Shown here: piece after piece, positions 54,641-64,000 of the stretch | Layout: every line of letters starts with the position of its first letter | How positions within the stretch are numbered: position 1 is the stretch's first letter | Assembly (NCBI GenBank): GCA_951406725.2 | Contig: OX597817.1 | Coordinates: forward strand, 32,178,001-32,242,000 | Direction: 5' to 3' | Length of the DNA: 64,000 nucleotides | Source of the DNA: Octopus vulgaris | Taxonomy: Eukaryota | Notes under the pieces: generated by a model | Told to the model about the DNA's origin: nothing | The model's input: the letters and a program-made list of their open reading frames with translations, nothing else | The model's database searches: none | Made by a program: the position numbers and the translations under genes

Positions 54641-54992
54641 GTCCTTGTGTGAAGTGTTTGGGGCGTGTGGCATACACAGGGTAGAGATTTACCTAAATAT
54701 GCCATTACTCACTAATTTATATATATCGTTGCTATTATGCAAAAGTGTCGTAAGTCCAAAACGTTGCTTTTTCAGAAAACGAAAGAATAGTTTCACCATT
54801 CCATAGCAAAACCCTTGTATTACTCTTTGACGATTTTTGATATCTTGGCATCTGAAGCAGCTTCAGATACGATAGAACCGGCTATTGCAATCAAAAATGA
54901 ATATTGAAAAAAAAATGCATTTAACCAAATTTGAACATACGACAGTGTAACATAATAGCAACGATATATATATATATATATATATATATTAT

Positions 54993-55212
54993 CTTTTACT
55001 TGTTTCCGTCATTTGTTTGCGGCCATGCTGGGACACCACCTAGAAGGGTTTTTTTAGTCGAACAAATCGACCCCAGCACTTATTTTTTTAAAACCTAGTA
55101 CATATTCTATCAGCCTCTTTTGGCGAACTGCTAAGTTACGAGGTCGTAAACATACCAACGCCAGTTGTCAAGCGGTGGTAAGAGGACAAACATAGACACA
55201 AAGATACATACT

Positions 55213-55250
<38 letters not shown>

Positions 55251-55665
55251 GGCGCGTGGCTTAGTGGTGAGGGTGTTGCACTCCCGATTGCGAGATCGTG
55301 GTTTCGATTTCCAGACAGGGCGTTGCATTGTGTTCTTGAGCAAAGCACTTCCTTTCACGTTGCTGTACAGTACACCTGTACAGGTAATGTAGGTATGATG
55401 GAGGGAGTGAACTTATGTGTACACAAACATTTGGTCACTATGAACAAATCATGTGTGGTAGTTCGGCAAGAAATTGCCTCATACGACGGGGTAGTCCATG
55501 ATATATATATACACGACAGGCTTCTTCCGGTTTCCGTCTACTAAATCCACTCACAAGTCTTTGGTCGGGCCATGGCTATAGTAGAAGGCCCCCAATTGCA
55601 ATGCAGTGGAACTGAACCCGAGGCTATGCGGTTAGGAAGAAAGCTTCTTACCTCATAGCCACTAC
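54993..55665 (-). mobile_element. CORE-type SINE split by a nested opposite-strand SINE (55248-55500)
   Basis: 3' part 54993-55210 and 5' part 55510-55665. The insert starts GAAGGCGCGTGGCTTAGTGG directly after the internal (TG)n. Confidence 0.8.
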
Positions 55666-57012
55666 GACTTTAAATAGCATTAATTTCGATGCCATAACAC
55701 ATTCTAGAGAGATCTAGTCAAACCTAGCTTCTGTTGGACGGTAGGTCAAAGAGACTTGTTTAACACACATACGCTCACACACACACACGCAACACAGTCA
55801 CACTCCCACAGCAACGCACCACAACCCCGCACAGGCCCCACACTCATACAAACATACCCCTTGATCCTTCTATTAGCAAAGTTCACCCAGTTGCAAATGT
55901 TCGGATCAAGACACCAGTTCCTTTCCCAAATACATTAGCTTGCAGATGTTCTGACTAACCATCAATTCCATCAATCTCATCTGACTGAGCGGAAACTGCA
56001 AAGGTTAGAAGCACTGGCCCTCTTCTCCTCCGTAATGTATCTTTAAAAAGTTCAATTGCTATGAAAGATGATTACAAGCAGCAGTTATTCATTTTTGATT
56101 GATTACGTCATTTTCTTTCAAAATTTCCAACGTATTTCACTCGTTTTGCTGCGTCCAGTTGATATGTATAATGTTTTATCTATTACAACACGATTACATC
56201 AAGTAAATCTAGTTTAAATGTATTCGTACTAAAGAAGACTTAATATATTGCGATTGCCGCCACCAAGTTGTAATATGGAACAGAACTATGAATATTATTC
56301 TCATTTGGCCGAAATTTCAAGGGTTATTTTTAACCGTTCCGTTTTATTCAAACTGTCTATATGATGGAACTGGATAGCACGGTTTATGTATCTGTTGCAT
56401 TATTTTTAAATTATCCGAAATATTAAATGAACATTACTAAATGATAACTAATGACAAATACACAGTGTATTTTAAGTATACAGTGTACCGATTTACTTTT
56501 TTTTCCTTATATTCATTTCAATGTTTGTTTAGAAATCTATTACATTGTCTTGTGAATTGCTTACTAACTTGGACGCCGAGTGAAACAATTTATCATGAAG
56601 TAAACTTGTTGCCACAAATTTGTTTATGGTTTATCATCTGGATGGAATAATATTAGTGCAAAACGGTTAATTTTCATTTTAATAGTAATCCTTTAGGGTT
56701 TCGTTTTCATGGGATCTTGTAGTATTTGGCATTGGCTGTCACAATGCTGACAGATATAAATGTATATTTTGCTAATATTAGCCTCTTCTCTAAAATATGT
56801 TATTCAACTCTAGAAATAAGATACTGATATTACAGTTTAAACATATATCACTGTTATATTTCATTAACAAATTATTGGAAGTACATTTTGTACACTGTCG
56901 GAATAATGATAGTCAGCATCTCGTAGAAATTACTATTTGTGACATAGAAAATGTTCTGTTGTAGTCATTCAAAAAGAATCATTCCGGAATTTTCATCAAA
57001 ATACATTAAAGC

Positions 57013-57013
<1 letters not shown>

Positions 57014-57082
<69 letters not shown>

Positions 57083-57209
57083 TCCCTGCTTGGAACCGCT
57101 CGAATACTCCGGATGGTACTCGAAAAATAAGGGGGGGTTACCTCAGCTCACTGGTAGTGACACCGGAGTACATCTCTAGCGTTAGAAGCTGTGCAAAGAC
57201 AATAATAAT

Positions 57210-57288
<79 letters not shown>

Positions 57289-57393
57289 GGGGCCCTGGGA
57301 ACAGTGAGCAAAAATCTCGAGAAATACGTGGAACAAATAGGGGCTGCAATAAAGGTGGAGCACTTGAAAAAACAGCACACTGCTTGGAACCGC
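57014..57393 (+). mobile_element. Two 5'-truncated R4/Dong-like 3' ends within (AAT)n/(AAC)n repeats
   Basis: 57086: LLGTARILRMVLEK* plus 3'UTR plus (AAT)n. About 57280: IIGALGTVSKNLEKYVEQIG...LGTA. Confidence 0.75.
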
Positions 57394-58256
57394 CAGGTCT
57401 ATGAGGGCTCAGTATCAACAGAACAGATTATTTGAGACAGGCCAGATGAGATTTTATAACCAAATAAATAACGGAGAAGAAAGTACTGAAGATGAGAAAC
57501 CTAAAGCAGAAAAGCTAGAAAGTTCTGAAGTAATATTTTGGATAAGCCAAACAATCATAATGGAGATGCAGTATGGTTACAGAAAGTGAAAGAAGTAGTA
57601 GTGAATGAAAAGCAACCAGGTATATGACTAACTAGTGCATTAATGAGTAAAGTGTTACGAAAAATGGAAGGGGCCAGGACCAGATTTATTGGAGACTGAG
57701 AGAACCTTAATAGAGGAATAATACCAGATTGGATGACAAGAGGGAGAATTGTACTCCTTATGAAAGACAAAACAGCTAGCAATTATTAACCAATCATTTG
57801 CTTACCATTAGTGTGGAAGCTGCTAACAGAAATGCTTTCAGAAAGCATTTACGAGCATCTTAGCTACCAGAATTTACTGCCAGAAGAACAGAAAGATTGC
57901 AGGAAGAAAGCTAAAGGAATACATGATCTTATTGTACATAGACAAAGCAGTTCTAAATTAAATAAAATCTAGAAAGAAAAATCTAACAATAGCATGGATA
58001 GATTATAAGAAAGCCAGTGACTTATGGATAAGAGACTGTTTGAGCATATTCAGTATACTAGCAAAGCTAGACAGGAAAACTAGGAATTCAATATAAATGT
58101 AGGACTCCACCCAAAAGCACGAGTAGCAAGATTATACTTACCTAGAAAGGAAGCTGGAAGAGGGTTAATATCAGTAGAAGACTGCGTGGAGTTAGCTAGA
58201 TTAGATATAGACTCCTATGTAGGTAATAGTGAAGAAAGTTTATTAGGAGCTGCTAG
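57394..58256 (+). pseudogene. R4/Dong-clade reverse transcriptase remnant
   Basis: YQQNRLF..FY, IPDWMTRGRIVLLMKD, NY*PIICLP.VWKLLT, LLPEEQKDCRK, AWIDYKKA and LHPKARVARLYLPRKEAGRGLISVED; has stops and an internal deletion. Confidence 0.85.
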
Positions 58257-58261
58257 AACAT

Positions 58262-59590
58262 ACAGACGTCGCACTAGAGCGAGAATGCCACTATCGGTGC
58301 ATCGGTACGCTGCTTACCCTTTCGAAGTTTTATCTGGAGAATATCGAGCGGCATATTTTTCCTATCCGTCCACACAGTCCCACAGGCATTAGTCCTCGTC
58401 TGCAGCTACAGGAAGAGGTCTGGACTAGAAAACCAGTTGTCCATATAAATAGTGTAGCCTTTATCAAAGAAGTTTTCATTCAGCGACAACACGACATCAG
58501 TTGACGCTACAGCAGATGCTGGAAGAGCCAATCTTTCCTGACCAGTGTAGATTTTGTAATTCTACGTATACATACAGGTTCTACCACTTGACTGGCATAC
58601 TTCATAAACCTTGACTCCAAAACGAGCATATTTGGTCGTTTGAATCGGTGCCTTCCTTTGAATTTACACGAAATCTCGTCCGTACAAATGTCCTGTGTTA
58701 GGACATACACCATTCTGAAATTTTTAGCCACTTCGTCAACGATATGACGTATTTTGTGCAGCCTGTCATCCTGGTTCTCGCCTTAGTTGAAATGTAGATT
58801 TCGAAAAAGCACCAAAAATCGATCACGTGTCATCGTTTCTGAAAAGAAAGGTGTCGACGTGGCTGGAACCCGATTCCAATATGACGCCAGGGTCGGTTTC
58901 TTCACGATGTCCACCGGTATCAGCAGGGAAAGCAGAACTTTGATTTCGTCCACTGTGATTGGAAACCAATCACCGCCATGCCCGGATCGGACATGCTGGG
59001 GATCGTTTTCAGCATAGCCATTCGGTTCTTCCGCTATATATTGGAACATTTCATCCGTCAAAAACTCGTAGATTTCCGATGGTGAACTTCTATGTCCAAG
59101 GTTTACCTTTATGTCAGGCGTGCCAGTAAACCCATAACGTTGGACGAAATTGTCCCTCGCTCGCCAGACGACATTCTGTTGTGCAGGGCTATTCACAGCA
59201 GCCTGTACCTTTGATTCACTGGAATATCATCATCGCTATCGGAATCATCTGATTCTGAACTAGAAAAATACTCACTCTCCGAGTCATCGTCCGAACCGGA
59301 AGGAACAACTGGTGAGGTCGTGGAACTTGGTATAGCTTGGCGCGACGACGAAGTTGACAAGAGTCGGAGTGACAGGACGCAACAACGAAGCTGATGGAAC
59401 CGGAGTAGTAGAACGTGAGGAAGCAGGAGTGGCACAACATGATGACGAACGCGACGAAGCCGGTGTAGTAAGACGTAATGACGAAATCGGTGTGGTGAGA
59501 CGCGACCGTAATTTAATTATATGCTTGCTGAGTGTCGGGATAAAAATGGAGCTAAAAACGTTGGCGCCATGACATTAATTCAAACGGCAT
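58262..59590 (-). mobile_element. piggyBac transposase remnant (PGBD4-like)
   Basis: LASYWN...TPFFSETMTRDRFLVLFRNLHF, DRLHKIR, ICTDE..CKFKGR, YTIYMDNWFSSPDLF, ACGTV and an acidic Ser-rich N-terminus; frameshifted, TIRs not identified. Confidence 0.85.
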
Positions 59591-59701
59591 TTTCCATGTG
59601 AAAATGTCCTTGTTTTTGTGATGTTACCAGGGATACGGATAACGGTTCGTCTATTATGTCACAATTACGTGTGTGCGTGTGTGCGTGTGTGTGTATGTGT
59701 G

Positions 59702-59781
<80 letters not shown>

Positions 59782-60351
59782 CGAGTGTGTGCGCATATTA
59801 ATCAAAGGAATTCCAACTTTGATTTTCACGTTTTATTTACAATATATTTATGTATATGTGTGTATATATATGTATGCGAGTGTGTGTATACATACATACA
59901 TTTGCATGTATTATGATATATATAAATACATGTACATGCGCTTGCATTTAGATATTTATGCATATGCACACAACTATATATGCATATACATACATACGTA
60001 TACATATACATACGTACAAACAAATAGACAACATACATACGTATGTACATACTTATACAGTACATACACATATAAAACTTTTACGCGCGTGTGTGTGTGT
60101 GTGTGTGTGTGAAGGGCAGCTGTGATTAATGAAACAACTGATAAAGCCTAAATGAATCAAATAATATTCGAATAAAGTTAGAATGTCTTCTGCGGCATTT
60201 CATGTTTTCTTCGTGTCGTTGTTATGAAACTGGATTACTTGTTTTTGCTTGTTACATGTTACATGTACGAAATTGATAAATAATCACAGCCATACATCCA
60301 TATTCTTTAGATTCTCTGTGTTGTTTTCTTTGTAATATTCATCGAAACAAA

Positions 60352-60496
60352 GGCGGCGAGCTGGCAGACACGTTAGCTGGCCGGGCGAAATGCTTAGCGG
60401 TATTTCGTCTGCCATTACGTTCTGAGTTCAAATTCCGCCGAGGTCGACTTTGCCTTTCATCCTTTCGGGGTCGATAAATTAAGTACCAGTTACGCA
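60352..60496 (+). mobile_element. Meta-type SINE, 3'-truncated
   Basis: GGCGGCGAGCTGGCAGA...CTTTCATCCTTTCGGGGTCGATAAATTAAGTACC. Confidence 0.9.
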
Positions 60497-61874
60497 TGCT
60501 TTTCGTAATTTAGATGTTGATAAAATATAAAAGCCAACCTTGCTGTCTCTAATTCGGTTTTCATGTCTATCCCGACTATAGCAACAAATGTTGAGTAATG
60601 ACTGAAGGATTACACTCGCCAATATAAGCGGCCGAAAGGAGGTTCCACCGAGAGATTTCGCGAGTTATGCAATTGGATGCACAGTTCAGACATCAGGAAA
60701 TCTCTCCAAGTCGAGCCGCCCTTTCTCCACTTGTTTCCACGACAGCGTATGATATGACCTTTGCTATTTCTTGAGCTGCGACTGATGTTGACATACTCCT
60801 GCCTCGGCACCATTGACTGAGCACAGCTCTACTATAGCCATGTGGCCTTTGGATTCCTTAAAACTGACAATTCCATGTTGACCCATCCTGACCTCATGTC
60901 ACCCATCGTTATTCCTACGCTATTCCTACGCTAACATAGGAGAACAGAAGCGAAGAATACAAGAGTGACGTACAGCCACGGATCCACATCGTTTTAAATA
61001 TCCTTGATCACCATCCTTCTATTTCTCCACCCTATATACTGGGATTGGCCGGAGCTTTGTCTAACTATATTAGCTCGCATTAATATTTTGGCTAAGTCTT
61101 TGTTCCTGACAGTAAGGCAGACATTATTACCATGAGCATTAACTCTCTTAATCGAGAGAATATCTTCCAATATTATGCATAGTGTTTCTAGTTGCTGTTT
61201 TGACGGAACATGGAAAGCTTGAGAACTATTTGAAAGCGTAGATATATTATTTTTCTCTTTGCTTTCTCTTAGGTTAGAACTTGAGACAAAATTCTTCCAA
61301 CCAATTCTTTCTTCTGAAAACTTCCTCAAATTTAACTATAACTGAATGAAAACAAAGTCAAAACAGTCTTCAACATTGCATCCATCATTTAACATGGCTG
61401 TCTTTGTTCAACTGATGTTGCTGTGACCGTTATCATTCAAAACATTTGTTAAACTGTTCGAAATAATTTCTTCAATTTAATATTCTTTTTCTATTTCATG
61501 TTCATATTTTATTATTTTTATTATTCGTTTAATGTCCATATTTTATCTTTCTTTATATAAATTCTTTCTGTAACATAACTTGTTTTTGTGCTGCCTTTTT
61601 ATTTGCATTGCGTTTTGTATCATTTTCGTGTCTTTTGCGGAGCGTATTTAGTAGATATTTTGACGTGAAAGATCGATATGTAAAACGAAATTTTTTAAAT
61701 CCAGTAAAAACAAAACTTTTTTGACTAGTCCTGCGTATCGGAAGCCGGCATTCACGGGTAACCAAAATCGTTATTGGCAGGTACTCCAAAGAAAAAAATT
61801 TTCAAATGGTAATGCTTAAAATAGTTTTGAGTCTCAGAGAAAGGGGAAAACACGTTTAAATGCTTCAATTGTCA

Positions 61875-61905
<31 letters not shown>

Positions 61906-61989
61906 GGAGGAGGAGGAGGAGGAGGAGGAGGGGGAGGATGAGGGGAGGGGGGTTGGGGAGGAGGGGGAGGGTTGGCGGAGGAGGAGGCC

Positions 61990-62661
61990 CTTATCCATCA
62001 GTGACTGTCATACTCTGGTCTCAAACAAGAAACTGAGGGATGTATCGTTGCAGCTCAGGACCAGTCCTTTCTGGCGAGGAATTACCAGAGATATATCCTG
62101 AAATATGAAAGCAGCTCATCATGCCACATACGCAAAGAACATTCAGAAACAGCTGACCACATAATCTTTGGATGCAGTAGACTGGTACCAACTGGATTGT
62201 TGCAAAGACATGACAGGGCAGCTCAGTACATATATTGGTCAATATGTCGCACATAACACCACCACCCCCGCACACACAACAATTAGTGGGGGACACAAGC
62301 CACTACAAGTTGCCCAGAAAGCTGAGGCTACCATCTTTTGGAATTTCAGCCTTCGGACTAGTTGAGAAATGCAGGCAGACTGATGTGAACTCATTGTGAA
62401 AAATCATGTTAAAAAAATTTATCTTCTGATTGATGTTGCAGCCCCAACCGGCAAAAACACATCTCTAAAAACGTTTGAAAAACTGAGCAAGTATAAGGAC
62501 CTGGAGATTTAAATCGGAAGAATGTGGCATCTCAAAACAATAAACATTACCTGTTATCATTGGAACACCTGGAATGATATCAAGTGGAGCAAACAAGTAT
62601 GTGGACTAAATCCTTGGCAGCCCAAAAACAAACAAATTACAAAAGATCATACTCATGGGTA
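61990..62661 (+). pseudogene. R4/Dong-like C-terminal region (Zn-knuckle and restriction-like endonuclease)
   Basis: KQETEGCIVAAQDQS, IFWNFSLRT, LLIDVAAP...KTFEKLSKYKDLEI, PVIIG and LQKIILMGT; follows a (GAT)n/(GAG)n tract. Confidence 0.8.
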
Positions 62662-62875
62662 CTCTTTTACTCTTTTTTTACTTGTTTCAGTCATTTGACT
62701 GTGGCCATTCTGGAGCACAGCCTTTAGTCGAGCAAATCGACCCCAGGACTTATTCTTTGTAAGCCTAGTACTTATTCTATCGGCCTCTTTTGCCGAACCA
62801 CTAAGTTACGGGGACGTAAACACACCAGCATCGGTTATCAAGCGATGATGGGGTGGTACAAACATAGCCACACAA

Positions 62876-62953
<78 letters not shown>

Positions 62954-63193
62954 ACCCCTTCGGTCATGAGTGACCATGGGTTTGCACCTAGAGAGTTACC
63001 CTCTAAGGCACAAGTCTGGGCAAGGTTGTTTTATGGAAGACCAGTAGTCGCCCATGCATACCGGCCTCCCCTCTCCACGCCACCAGTGTTATGCAAGGGA
63101 AAGACAAAGGTCGATACAGCTTGGCACCTGTGACGTCGCAACTCATTTCTACAGCTGAGTGAACTGGAGCAACGTGAAATAAAGTGTCTTGCT

Positions 63194-63239
<46 letters not shown>

Positions 63240-63398
63240 GACGGGCTCCTTTCAGTTTCCGTCTACCAAATCCACTCACAAGGCTTTGGTCGGCCCAAGG
63301 CTATAGAAGACACTTGCCCAAGGTGCCATGCAGTAGGACTGAACCCGGAACCATGTGGTTGGTAAGCAAGTTACTTACCACACAGCCACTCCTACGCC
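62662..63398 (-). mobile_element. CORE-type SINE with a nested SINE fragment (62952-63196) in its internal (TA)n
   Basis: 3' part 62662-62880 and 5' part 63238-63398. On the minus strand the insert reads TTGAGCAAGACACTTTATTTCACGTTGCTCCAGT, as in 9488-9760. Confidence 0.88.
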
Positions 63399-63609
63399 TC
63401 ACACATTCTACGTGAATTCCTATGTAAATGCAACTTTATTCACTACTCTTTTCTTTTCTCTCCCACAGACATCAGTGTTTTTAGATGCATTGTACCTCAC
63501 CTGTTAGCATCTGCTGATGCAAAATCCTGTAGTCCCTCGACGTCTCTGATCGAGACTTGAGTGCAACTCGTATAAACTAAGGAAAACCCAAGACATAACA
63601 TAATAATAA

Positions 63610-63735
63610 TAAACCTTTCTACAATAGGCATGATGCCTGAAATATTAGGGATGAGATTAGTCGATGAAAGGCAAAGTCGACTTAGGCGGAATTTAAATCA
63701 GACTGTAAACAGATGCACTAATGATTCTGCCATAA
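63610..63735 (-). mobile_element. Degenerate Meta-type SINE
   Basis: GATGAAAGGCAAAGTCGACTTAGGCGGAATTT. Confidence 0.6.
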
Positions 63736-64000
63736 AAATGAGAATTAAGGTACACGATACACCACTCCCACGATATGATAAAGATAATTCCATGAAGAGG
63801 CTTCTATATTATCGCTAAACCAGGTAGAAATATAAATAGAATTTCCCTTGTATCATACCTACTCTTCTAAGAAAAAGGACACATTGGATTATATAATCCG
63901 GGGTACATTAAATTATGCCTGAAGATATACGCAGTGGTCAAGGCTGACATGTTTTGGTGTTTTGGTGATATGTCTGATCAGCCAAGGCTGACCTCTGGCC

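Noticed and set aside
60550-61330. Higher-complexity segment with minus-strand ORFs (111 aa, 67 aa)
   Set aside because: Possibly decayed LINE ORF1, but there is no motif I can identify; left unannotated.

Overview
Eukaryotic, AT-rich, microsatellite-saturated DNA. The SINE families and repeat content are typical of an octopus (coleoid cephalopod) genome; this taxonomic call is an inference. The window looks intronic or intergenic: almost every ORF in the track is a translation of (TA)n/(CA)n/(TATG)n/(GATA)n repeats. It contains tRNA-derived SINEs of CORE, Meta and CORE+V types. It also has decayed DNA transposons (Chapaev3-like, a full-length DD41D/rosa mariner, a Tc1 with DD36E spacing, piggyBac), three non-autonomous Helitrons, and R4/Dong and CRE-like non-LTR fragments. 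One 154-nt candidate coding exon lies at 11688-11841. The most interesting signal is a dispersed set of minimal type-I hammerhead ribozyme motifs (CUGANGA-stem II-GAAAC-palindromic loop-NUH). They are carried by short, microsatellite-flanked, partly fold-back units that look like Penelope-like element (PLE) pseudo-LTRs or retrozyme-like elements, next to decayed GIY-YIG remnants. Coordinates were read by eye, and boundaries of degenerate elements are approximate.
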